From Takakia lepidozioides (lineage: Eukaryota > Plantae > Bryophyta), in assembly GCA_030704615.1 (NCBI GenBank), contig CM060734.1:27838001-27902000 (forward strand): a DNA stretch of 64,000 nucleotides, given 5' to 3'. This document shows positions 50,285-62,430 of the stretch, piece by piece. Numbering within the stretch: the stretch's first letter is position 1; each line of letters opens with the position of its first letter. A model generated the notes under the pieces. The model had not been told where the DNA came from, did no database searches, and was given only the letters and a program-made list of their open reading frames with translations. Both the position numbers and the translations under genes were made by a program.

Positions 50285-50590
50285 ATGAATATCCAAACAT
50301 CACCTCCACCATCCCCTTCACTTGATACCAAGTACCGTAACTTGTGTATCACAATCACCCTGCTTAGATGTGGTGACATCCACCCTAACCCAGGTCCCAC
50401 CTCTTGCTGACATCGTCAGTCAACTACCCGCTGACCCACAGGATCAATATGCACTCTACTTTCACCCAAACAGCATATCTCTTGTGCACACCTATCGACA
50501 CCTATCTGACCACTTCGCCCCCTTCCTCCCCGCACTGTCCATCGACACAAATCCCCAAACAAACTGCCATGCACTCTGATAACGGCTAAG
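50285..50590 (+). mobile_element. Probable LINE ORF N-terminal fragment with a 2A-like peptide
   Basis: MNIQTSPPPSPSLDTKYRNLCITITLLRCGDIHPNPGP (motif 50360-50398); C-rich composition like neighbouring LINEs. Confidence 0.6.
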
Positions 50591-53500
50591 CTACAAGGGC
50601 CAGACAGCGAGGGTCACGACGGGACCACATTCTAGAAGCATCACATTAGATAAGCAAACTAGTAGTGCTAAGCAAACTGGTTGGGTATGCACTAGTGGAG
50701 CACTGTTGTTATATGCTAGAAAGGGGGGCCGTGATGACAATTGAGAGTCCAAAAAGTCGCTTGATGGGGAGCATATTGGTGCCGTGATGCATTCCCGGTT
50801 GGCGTAGGGGTGAGCTGCAGTTGAGTGTATGTTCATTAGCTGTGACAGCATTGCGCTTGAGCTTGCTGGGATAGCTCTCCCTTCTGCAGTGCGATGGAAC
50901 GATGTAAGCGGCCCACCTAGGCTTGGGGTTAGGGAACAAATGTAGTGATAAATGGGAGCACAACTTGTTTTATAATTACAGTGGCGCCTATAGATACAGG
51001 ATGCTATGAGCTGCTTTAACATAAGATTCAGGAACAGAAGACTATAACAAGAGCAGAGACGCTGGGGTGGGGTAGCTTCCTTGGGTAGTGTGGTATGGTA
51101 CGTGTACCTACTGTTTGCCATAGCAAGGGTTGGGATACGATACTAAATTTGTGCAGATAATGGCGTAGCAGGATATGCCAGTGGCATAAGAATTATAGCA
51201 AAATCCATCATGCCAACTTTCCAGAAATTGTGATGGGCATCCTAGATAGTGAGCCTGCACCGTTGCTCCAAGATTGTGTGCATTGTGGTGTCAGAGAGGG
51301 GTGGCCGGACCAGCAGGTGATGTGTCTGTAGCCTGCAAAATACCGGAGATATTAGAATATAGTTGAGAGGGACTGTGAAATTACCTTTCAATCAGAGGCC
51401 AAGTCTGGATCGTCTTGGTTAACGCAAGTGCATCTTTCAGGAAGTGCAAATGCTCCACATAGATGACAAACCTACTTTCCACATGTATTTTATATTCCTC
51501 CACATGGTTCGGTTTCAGAGAATCAACAGTAACTTATTGATGATATGCATTGTCATATTCCTCTTCGATCCCAACCAATGATTGACAAAAGGGACAAGTT
51601 TTTTGGTGTTCTATTTTATCTTGCTCCTCTTGTGATGTAACCGGGTGTCTTTCTCTTGAAGGCTCCTCTTCTTGCATTGGTCCTCTTCAATCTAGTGTCA
51701 TGGTTCAGTTTAGGTAATTAGCTACACAAGGATAGGATGAGCTGGGCGGTCACATGGTAACAACAACAAGAGACTACTCTACCCCTCTACCCCTCTACCC
51801 CACCTAGGCCATGAGGTACGCAATAAAAGTGAAAATATGAGTAGGACACACCAGAAAGCACAAAAGCTAAGGGGGTGCCACACATGTAATGCTTGAATAA
51901 GTTGTGGTGGGAGGTAGCGTGAGGGAGGGCCGCAAGCCACCTGCCATCCCCGCAAATCAGCTGCACAAACACATGACATACTTAAGTTGAATAGTAGCCC
52001 AACAAATGCGACAACATATGCAGGCAAGGTGATGGAATCAGATGACAGCAAAATGTAAATTCCTGAAGGCACTAACATGGCAGCAAGAGAAACCAAACAT
52101 TTTCAACACAGACACTCAAAATTCCTTGGCAATCAACAATCACACTGTCAACCTCTTGGGCCCTTCTGGGTGAAAGTAAGCTACGGTGGCTCAAAAAAGT
52201 CCACTGTGTGGCCTACACAAGAAGTCCCAAGGTTTTTCAGAATTTTGATTTGATTGATTATGGAAAAATTATAGTCGCTAGATTCATCCATGCTGAAAGA
52301 TACGAACCATCTAAAGTTGACAGTAACAGACACTATGGCATTATTTATATTTTTCCTAGTACAAGCTATTATTTCTATTTTCTTATTTTATTTTCTATAT
52401 TTTATATTTTCGTTATATCACATAGTGGGACTCGGGCTACTCTTCATCTACATGAAATGTACCTTTTAGTGAAGCAAGTCCATTGTTTTACTTTGTTTCC
52501 ATGCATTCATGTACTTTGGCAAAAATCAGTTTTTCGAGGCTCACAATAATATATAGAAATAAGAATTTTTACTTTTTGATGTTTTCTATAGGAATTTAGT
52601 ATCTTAAAGAGTAGAGCAGTACTAATATGAGTCCCTTTTATCATATTTGTTTTCTATACTGAGTGCAAAAAGTCCATAAAAAGTCTTTTTATGGACTGTG
52701 ACACTGCGTATGCAATTTTCTAAAGTCCATTACTTCGACAAATCAACGTCATGTCTTGGTGAGAATTTAAAGATTAGAGCTTGCAGTAGTTGGAAACATA
52801 AGAGTGAGTCCCATTTCATCACTGTAATAAAAATTTGTCTCTAAGGTACAATTGAATCAAACTATGACATGTAAAACACTACTGTGACACAAAAATGTTG
52901 ACACCGTAGTCTACTTTCACCTTTCTTCCGCACACTAGAAAACTGTTTACTGTCCAGCAATGTGAATATGGAATCCACTTGCCCCCCTCACTATAACACA
53001 AAAAGGGTAGCTCGTTGGAAAATAGTTTCGAGTCATAACAGCAAAGATAAAGTGACACAAACTTAGGGCTCTGTTCACATGTTTGAATAGACTGGACTTG
53101 GTGATGACCTTTATACAAAATGACATTATCAGCATGGAGCAGCCAACAGTACTGTACAAAGAATATCACACCCCCCCTCGTGAAAAACAAATCAACCTAC
53201 CACCCTGGACTTGCACCTATATGATCTTGATGTACCTTGCGAGATCCATCTCCAACAAACAAACAATGGCAAACAAATATGATTCACATCAGGAGGGTCT
53301 CAGTGTGGCAATTGCTTCACTCCACAAGCACAATCTCATCAGGAGCAGAGCATCCATAAATGCAAGACCCACTTGTATCTTTTTCTGGACAGAACAACCT
53401 AGAACATCTCCTGTTAGAATAGTTCTACTAAATACAACTAAATGCTTTCGGAATGACAACCCAGGATCAGTGTGACAAACTTTGCATTCAGCTACATATG

Positions 53501-54103
53501 CTACTCTTCCCCTGCCTCGCTGATATCGTCCCTTTTATAACAACGACTACACTTGGTACGAGCCATATACAAATGCAGCTTGACAAAAAAGGACATGCAC
53601 TCTCACTTGAAACCAGCCAGTGACAACATAACAAGTCTGCATGGTAGGTCAACCATGAGGTATTCCTCAAAAGGATTGGTAGAGTGGTGCTGATGAGTGG
53701 CCCTCTTCCACAATACTAAGTTGGCTTTGGGGCACGACAATCCAGGCAAAGGTTGGTTTAGTCTTCATTCCTTTTGTTTAGTTTGTCTTCCGGGCATGTT
53801 CTAGCTATCCCAAGAAGATAGTATTTCATACGTTAGTTCCTTGTTAATTGGCTCTGGTGTATTCAAGTAGACATCTCATCAAGGATGTTCCTCTTCACAA
53901 TCAAACATAGAAACACATAAATGAAAATAAACTTCATGCATGCGTAGAGTTGATGAAACAATCACAGGGTCTACTAAAATTAGGCCACAAAATGGTAAGC
54001 AGACTTTTGTGTAAATATTCACCACTGGTACCCTCACTGCAATGGTCACATACCCCACAAACTATCATCTATGAATGACTGTGCAACCTAAATTTCTAGG
54101 GTT

Positions 54104-54948
54104 TTACAACATGAATTGTGAGCCGAGGGTGCGGGCGCGGGCGTATGAGATGATCAGGGGGCTAGAACCGATCCCAAAACTGTCCTGGGGGAGTTGGGTA
54201 AGAACGTCAGGGGTGATGGTGGGCAGGCCACAAATGCGTTTGGTGAGTTGGATAATATTGGTGTCGAGTAGTTTGATATCCGGAATAGAGAAGGGGGCCG
54301 CGTGAAAGGCGTATTGGATTTGAGGGTTGAGAACTTTGAGTGGTGTGAGCGTAGAATACCTAGTGCAACGCCTCCCCTGGTGGGTTTGTACAGAGCAGAG
54401 CGACGAGATAGGCATTGCTGGGCAGTTAGAGGAGTGTCGTACAGTAGGTAATAGTCCGGTAGAAGCTTGTTTATGTATGAACTGCTAGTATTATTCGTGT
54501 GTAACTTGGTTTCTTGGAGGAGGAAGATATGTGGTTTAGAAGAGTTGGTGAGGAGAGTGAGAAGGCTTTGTATACTAGTAGCCAGTGATCCTACATTCCA
54601 AGAAGTAATAGTTAGTGCACAGGTGTGGATATCCGGGGTGGTAGGGGTAGGGTTGGGAGATGGTGGGACCAATGACGGTTCCGCGGTTTGGGTTGCTGAG
54701 GTCGGGGGATTGTATCTAGGTATCGGACTAACTGCAATGAGTGTGGATTTGAGGATGTCAGTGGAGAGGAAGGGGAATTTGTGGGTAGCCTCGGTAAGGT
54801 CAGAATCAGGAGCAGTTATGGTAGTGAGATGGTTGCCTAGTATTTTATGTATAGCACCTGGTTGGGATTGCATCAGATTGAGGGATTCCTGGAGTGAAGA
54901 TAGAGGGTGAGGTGGGGCTAAGTAGTTGTGCGGATGCGGTGGTAGCAT
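54104..54948 (-). mobile_element. LINE fragment: APE endonuclease N-terminus joined to post-RT region
   Basis: ITSWNVGSL..IFLLQETKL..RGGVALGI; then IQYAFHAAPFS..LTKRICGLP..FGIG. Confidence 0.85.
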
Positions 54949-57541
54949 TTTTAGTTGTAGGAGGGCTTGGGGTTCTCCGGGAGGATGTCATCCTGGTCAG
55001 AAAGGTCCCTCTCCTCCTCCTCATCTCCGACATGCCCCGCCGGAAGCTCGTCGTGGCCTTGCATTGTGGCAAGTGCGTCTTCCCCTCCACCTGCCCCATA
55101 CCATTGTGTGTGTGGTGTTTTCTCCCCTCCCTCAGTCTCCACCCTATGAGCAATTGCACCTGCTCCCCGGTGCGATGGTGTAACCGGCAACGTTGCAGCC
55201 GGTGTCTTAGTGGCTCTGTCTGGTGTCTTAAGAGGGTGTAGATGTCTTTTTGCCTCTCTCGCTTGTCAATGCATGTGTCACTGCCTCTTCTCTGGTCTTT
55301 TCACTGGCCTTCTCTCTGACCTCATCCTTGGCCTTCTCTCTAGCCTGTTCTCTTGCCCTCTCTTTTGCCCTCTCTTGGGCCGTCTGTTTCTTAGATGGCG
55401 TGGCTGCAGGGGAGGCCTCGAGGTCGACCACCTTCAACCCCGGGGAACTCACACCCTCATGCTGTTTGGTGGGTGTTTTGTTCACTCCCCCCTCCACAAC
55501 TTGTGCTTGCTCTTTTGCCGGGGATTGCATGTGCTTAGCCTTCTTCTTCTTCGTCTTCTTCTTCGTGTGGGCGGGGCCCCCTGTCGCGGCCCTTTGCCTT
55601 GAGGGCAGGGGGTCGGGACACAAGAGGGGCTGCCCCTGTGGTGGGGGCAGTGGCAACAATAGGTATGGGGGCTGAAGCACCCTTGAGTGCCCAAGGCACT
55701 CAAGGAGGCGGAGGCGCTCACTAGGTGGAGCCCCGCACACCGGGTTGCGGTGGGGGTGGTTCCACGAGGGGTGGTGGTAGCTTAGTGGGTCTTAGTGGGG
55801 GTGGCATAAGACTCACCATGGGGCTGAGACCTTGTGGTGGGAGTCGTGGGGAGTCTTGGGACTCATCACGGTCCATTGGGGCTGTGGTGGGTGGGCCAAG
55901 ACTCACCGCGATTCATCACCGGGAATCAAGGGTCTTCGTGGTGGTTCACCATAAAAGGACTATGTTGTTTGTGAAACCCCCGCGGACAGTTACAGAAGTA
56001 TATATAGGGAGTAGTAACCCCCAAAACGGTGCAAGCCCGTTGGTGACAAAAAACTAGTGAGTAAGAGTGCGAGCCGGAAAGCGACCAAGGTGTGGGGAGC
56101 TGTTCCGGACTGCCACCAACCAAAGGGAATTTCCACTAGGCCCAAAGTGAGCGAGGGTCTCGTGGAGGAGCAAAGGGGGACCGTTATGCCCCGGTGAGTA
56201 GCCGAAGCTTCGAGTTGGCCCGGCGGCCAGTTTGGGAGTTAGGCGCGCGCATCAAAGCGAGTAACTATGACTTGAAGGGGAGTTTACCGAAGAGAGATGC
56301 GCGACACTTGGTATCAGATCTTAGAGTTCAGTACGCGATCGTCCTTGAGATCGGCCTCATCATGGGGTCGGGCAAGGCAAAGCGAAAGCGGAATGGCCCG
56401 AAAGACGATGATCCTGGTGAGCTCGGTGGGGGCGACATGTCACCGGAGCGGCAACTGGAAGAGGCAATTTATGCTTCTGATAGCGAGGCCGCTTGAGAGC
56501 AAGAGGAATTTGAGGAGTCGGGGCCCAAGGACTTCCCAAGGGTTCCGTCAAACCCACAGATGCCTCCCATGCCAGCAGCCTTTTGGGAAGGGCTTCTAGC
56601 CCAGTTTGGCGGCACACTGAAGGACGTAATGAAAGCTGCCAACACAAAGTTTAAGGTGAAGCCTAAGGAACCCGGCACCTTTCGAGGGCATCCGAAATCG
56701 GAAGGCACTCAACACCTGGCTCTTGGAGCTAGAGCAGTACTTCCGGGCGGCCAAGTTGAGTGACGAGGATCGGATGGAAGTGGCACCCACCTATTTGAGG
56801 GGTTATGCTCAACAATGGTGGCAGAATCGTCTTCAGGACCAAGGGCCAGACCGAGAGACCTTGAGTTGGAGTGGGTTCAAGGAACTAATGAAGAAACAGT
56901 TTGTGCCCCTCAACGCGTCCTGGCTCGCCCGAGACAAGATGAGAAACTTGAAGCAAACAGATGACATTCGAGGATATATTCAGGCTTTCAATGTGCTACT
57001 GCTCGAAGTCGTGGATATGGAAGAACCAGAAATGGTCTTCAACTTTGTGGGGGGACTGGCCCCATGGGCCAGGTGGAAGTTGGAGGAGAGGCCACCCAAG
57101 ACTTTGAACAAGGCAATTGAAAGGGCTTCTCGGATGTCCCTAGGGGTGAAAGACAAGGCCATACGGAGCTGAACCTTAAGAAGGCCCAGCGGGAGGGTGA
57201 CTCCTTCTGACCGGAAAATAAGTGGGATAGGCCACGCGGCGACAATGGCACATGGAAATCGAAAGGAGGGCCTTCACACGTAAAGGCGGCACCCGGTGCT
57301 CCGAAAGGAAAATCAGGTGTGGCAGCTTATGGCGGACAGAAGGCGACCTTCGGTGGAGTATGCTTTAATTGCGGGGAGCCCGGGCACATAGCCAAGAAGT
57401 ACGCGAAACCCCGACAATTGAACATGACTCGGGCGACCACGGAGCTGTCCGAAGATTCCATCAGCCGCTTGGTGGAGGCGGTGGTCACCAAGACTTGCAA
57501 GGTAGGCAACTACTCTTGTGAGTTGTATCAGGAGACTAGAG

Positions 57542-58331
57542 CCTTGCGTCTTCATGTTGGTGGTTCTGGTGACGCACCAATGATGGCCGTCTTGTTTCCT
57601 ATCCATATCTGTCAACATTCCGGACGCCTTGGAATTGTCCGTTCGAGGAGGGAACTCAAAAAAGATATTGCCGTCGACGTCAGCGGGAAGATGTATCACG
57701 GATTTGATTATGAACTTGCTGTAGTCCAGCGCAGCTAGCCCGGAGCGGTGTCCCTCCGTGTGCAGCCCTCGCAGAATATCAAGAATGGATCGCGTTGCTG
57801 AGCTCGTACTGGGAATATGACTCCCTCGTCCGCTGATGTCCATTGGGGACTTACCTGATCTCTAGGATGATCTTGGAACTTCCATGACCTCATCTGAGTC
57901 CGATAGGTTGTGAACAACCTGGTTCTCGCTCATCTTCATTGATATGGGAGGCTTTGGATTAACTTCGTTGCGGATTTCTCTCTTTGAGGTACCAACTCTC
58001 AGATTCGCGGATTCTTTCGTGGAAGGCGGCAGGAAAGAAGGCGCATTTGGCGGGCAAATAAAGTCCCCAACAGCCTTGTATATGACGTTGTTCGAAGGTA
58101 GAACTCGCCATTCCCTGCCGTTGCCGAAATCATCGTGGAGCACAAGTATATTTTCGACTACAACTCCATTTGAATCCTTCCTTTCCTCCTCCAGGAATAC
58201 TGACCCCAGTTTCAGGTGGTATCGGACGCAAAGATATTTCTCCATAACCCGACAGATCCCCCCTGTGCATCGAATGTAGCTTTGTGCTCGTGAGGAGGGC
58301 AATACACTATAGCGCTCGAGTTTTCAGCCAT
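57542..58331 (-). pseudogene. N-terminal fragment of Mutator-like transposase, copy 3
   Basis: RYHLKLGSVFLEEE; LAALDYSKFIIKSVIHLPADVDGNIFFEFPP..DMDRKQDGHHWCVTRTTNM, homologous to copies 1 and 2. Confidence 0.85.
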
Positions 58332-58909
58332 GGGAGATGTGCACAGATGACTACGCGCAAGGCGGTCGGGCAAGCACCCTGGGAGAAGCGGGGGGGGGGG
58401 GGGGGGGCAGTGAGGAAAAGCAATGCAGGGCCGATCTGGAGGAGCGAGGAAGCCTATTCACGAATCCCAAAAATCCACTGTCAGAGTTTTCATGAACCTT
58501 GTCTCCGAAATGCGGCCCCTGCCCTTTGCGCAACAACTGCCAACGGTATGCAGTCAGAAGGCTGCAGACCTGTGCAGGTGCCCTACGCCAACCAATAATT
58601 GCGGCGTCTGACGAGAAGCGTGGGGGGGAGCGTGCAAGCATCTTCCCAATGGACAGAGGGACTTGAAAGAGATGTGGCATTCCAGAGGGTCTGACTACAA
58701 GCTTGAGTGCTGGACCCACTCAGGCAAAAGTCAACATTCAACAAAATTCAATATTGCACAAAAAGTGGAACTTTGGTTCAAAGGAAAAAAATTATTCATA
58801 TAATGAACTGTGACAAGTATGCATGCCCTCACAAGCCGAGGTAAGCCAAAAGTATGCATGCAATCCATGCTCAGATAAGTTGGGAATTTGCTGCCGTGTT
58901 GCACTGTTG

Positions 58910-59225
58910 TCACCAAGAAGCTGGAACCTTTATTGGCCTCTCAACAAGCTCATGACTCACAGGGTCGGTAGGTGAAGACAATGGATGCAGCCCGCTCCCC
59001 TTTGGTATAGTGAACAACGGTGTCATGTCCTCCGATATATGCACCATCGTAAATGGAGATCTTTGCTGTAAAGACTCTATGTCCATAGGACTCATCCTCG
59101 TAGCTTATGAGAATGTCCCCATAGACTGTTTGCGAGGGAATCCTCTGAGGCCTGTATATACACCCGATGCAATCATCGTAGGCCCACTGACAGCACCTCC
59201 AATGATACAGGAAGGCCGTGCGGCT
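58910..59225 (-). pseudogene. ORF-X homolog fragment, copy 3 (one frameshift)
   Basis: [79 protein letters not shown] aligns with ORF-X RTAMLWRWNCCQWTW..MYGDIRIG..VKLSLFDGGLIEGHDIVVNL..HFTWRSPLTHELVFRPVEVP. Confidence 0.85.
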
Positions 59226-60945
59226 TTTGGGGATGTCCTTTGGGGATGACCATTTTGAGCAAATCCGGAGCAGTCATAGATGGCCGCAAGAGAATAGTCA
59301 CGCTACCGTGTGGGAATGGTGGCAAAGTTTTACGGGTGTCGGAAACGCCCAACCGAGTGGGAGGGCGAATAAACCTGCTAACAGCAAAGGAGGCCGTGGA
59401 GGAGCCACACGAGCCCCAGTTTTTGCTTTACGTGAGACAAGTGGAAAGAGAAGTCGATAGGGAGCCTAGCCCAGATTGGATCAAGGGGATCCTGGAGAAA
59501 TACCAGGATGTGATGCCGGAGGATTTACCAAGCGGCTTGCCACTGCGAAGAGGAGTTGACCACAAGATAGAGGTGATATCGGGATCGGAGCCGCCTGCCA
59601 AGGCGCCCTACCAGTTGAGCCACAGAGAGTTGGTTGAGCTGAAGGCCCAGCTCAAGGATCTAATGTCAAAGGGGTATATCCGGCCGAGTAAGTCACCTTA
59701 CGGAGCCCCGGTGCTATTCGCATACAAGAAGGATAGGATGTTGCGGATGTGTGTCGATTACAGGGCTCTGAATAAGGTGACTATCAAAAAACCGGTACCC
59801 TTTGCCAAACATTCACGACCTCTTCGATCGGTTGGCAAGAGCAAAGTATTTCAGCTGGATCAATTTGCGCTCAGGTTACCATCAAATCCGAGTGGCAGAA
59901 GGAGATGAGGAGAAGACCACGTGCAGGACAAGATATGGTTCATATGAGTTCTTGGTGATGCCTTTTGGGCTTACCAATGCACCCGCGACCTTTAGCACGC
60001 TAATGAACAGCCTTTTCCAAGAGTGGTTGGATGACTTTGTGATCGTGTACATCGACGACATCTTGGTATACTTGAAAACAAAGGAAGAGCACTTGGAGCA
60101 CCTCAAAAGGGTGTTCCAAAATTACGGGAAGGGAAGTTGTATGCCAAAGCTTCAAAGTGCGAATTTGGGGTCACGAAAGTGGAGTTCCTAGGGCATATGA
60201 TTACACAAGATGGGATCAAAATGGATGACATAAAGGTGAGGGCGATCTTGGACTGGGAACCTCCGACTTCGGTCCCGGGAGTGCGATCCTTTCTGGGACT
60301 CGCCTCCTATTACCGAAAGTATGTGAGAAATTTTGCCAAGATCGCGGGGCCGCTATCACACATTTTGTATAAGTCCAAGGTATGGGTATGGAACATCTTT
60401 TGTGGCCAAGCTTTTGCCGAGTTGAAGTAGCGGATGGCGGAAGCTCCAGTCTTGAAAATCCCGGAGTTCGACTGTCCATTTGAGATTCATACAGATGTGT
60501 CGGACTTCGCAATCGGGGGTGTGCTCATGCAGGATGGACGTCCAGTGGCTTACGAAAGTAAGAAACTGAATGAAGTGGAGCGACGGTGGCCTACGCACGA
60601 GAAAAAAATGAAGGCGGTGGTGCATTGCCTTGAGCTTTGGCGCCACTACGTTGGTTCCAACCCGGTGAAGGTGTTCACGGACAATGTCATGGTGAAGTAT
60701 TTTGCCACACAGCCTAAGTTATCCCCAAAACAACTTAGGTGGCAAGACACTTTGGCAGTATTCGACGTGGATATCCGGTACAAACCGGGACGAGACAATG
60801 TGGTGGCCGATGCTTTAAGTAGAAAGCAGCAGCTCATGTTGGTGTACAGGGGCGAGACGGCGCTCCAAAGGAAGATCCGGAAGGCTTACCGGAAGGATGA
60901 AATGGCGAAGTCCGTGATGCAGGACTTGAGGTTGGGGGTTAAATT

Positions 60946-62430
60946 GCAGTCCTCAGACCACCATTATTCTAGACAAGGTGGCCTCAATTATTCCTCACTA
61001 AGCCTCATTGATGGATTTTACCTACGTACCAGCGAGGCCATCCCTCCTCACTTGTAAAGCCATGTACATATTGATAGCTTATGTAATTCTGACCACTACC
61101 CGATCTCTCTTTCCCTCCCACCATCACTCATCCCCTTTCGACCAGTTCCCGTCGCGCAGGCACCACCCCTTCAACCACGTCTCCTCTCCCCTCTACCCTA
61201 TAGTAATATAGCCGCATTCAAATCCCATTTTCACCCAGCCGCCTCCGCCTTAATGCTCACCCTCTCGCACACCCTATCCGACTCGAACCTTTCCCAATAC
61301 CCGGAAACCACGTGGTTTGCAGCTGAACGTACCCTCACATCCATCCTACAACTCATGACCACCAGCGTGCTCGCCATTTGCTCCGCTCCCCCGGAAGTCC
61401 CTCAAACCCCCCGTTCACAACAAAACAGGGGCTACCTTACACGCACTCAAAAACGCGAGTGGACCTCCCATCTCAACACATACCACACCATACGTCGCGC
61501 CCTCATGATTATCCCCAACACACCCACCACCACCCCGCTCAACAACTGGTCCACCAATCGTCGTATCTTGTGTTTAAACGCTATCCCCGTCTGCCAACCA
61601 CTTCTACCCCCGCCGTCCGACCCCACAGCCATATCTAGCTGGATTGCTACCCTAGCCAAAATCGGCAGGGATGCAAAGAAGGCCGCATATAACATCACCA
61701 AACAAAAAGCCATTGCCAATCACAAGAAATTTGTCTCATCCTTTGGGAAACTTTTACGTGATCACCCTAAGCGCGCCCACAAAGCCATCTTCAACCCTGC
61801 CCTCAACCCCCCTATCGACTGCCTCAGATACCGACATGGCTACCTCGTAACCCAACCGGACGATATTAAGAATGAAATCTGGGCGCAAGCCTCAGCCTCC
61901 TACACACCCAAAGTCAAGCACTGCCTCCACCCCAACAAATATACTAACGACTGCTTATGTAGTGTCAAACACTACCCTTGGCATGACATCGATGGATTCT
62001 CCTTAGATAAACATGGGGCCCCTGAGGATACCATCCTCTCGTTCTTCACCATAGCTATTTACGGCTCATGTCTCAAATCCCTATCCAAATCCAAACCCCC
62101 CGGTCCCGATCTCATCCCCAATGCCATACTCCAAGCTCTAGATCCTCATTTTCACTCCCTCTTATTCAAAATTTTCCACCTCTGTTATCGCCTACGACGT
62201 ATTCCTCCATCTTGGAAACATAGCCGTACTATCATTCTCTACAAAAAAAAGGGACCCCACAAATCTCGGTAACTACCGCCCTATAGCTTTAGCCAACACC
62301 ATACACAAACTCTTCACTAGTACGCTAACCACAATGCTCTCCTGCTATGGAGAGCAGCACAACATTCATACTGACCCCCCAAGAAGGCTTCCGTGCCACT
62401 CGTAGTACCACTCGCCAAATACAATATGTC
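60946..62430 (+). mobile_element. LINE ORF2 fragment (pre-RT region and RT start)
   Basis: KSKPPGPDLIPNAILQ..IPPSWKHSRTIILYKK..NYRPIALANTIHKLF; homologous to 642-850. Confidence 0.9.

Larger units (their letters stand above)
55582..60945 (+). mobile_element. Chromoviral family A element (5' LTR 55582-56306, tRNA-Met PBS, gag, RT, RNase H), interrupted at 57542-59225 and 3'-truncated
   Basis: TGGTATCAGA PBS; gag ORF 56723-57172; [34 protein letters not shown] and NVVADALSRK. Confidence 0.95.

Noticed and set aside
54951-55581. Lys/Glu/Ala-rich minus-strand reading frame as a host gene
   Set aside because: Low-complexity fragment between a LINE and an LTR, with no start or domain; origin cannot be assigned.
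55228-56496. ORFs overlapping family A LTRs (also 11374-11952 and 31524-32103)
   Set aside because: GC-rich LTR sequence gives chance ORFs; their similarity to each other reflects LTR homology.
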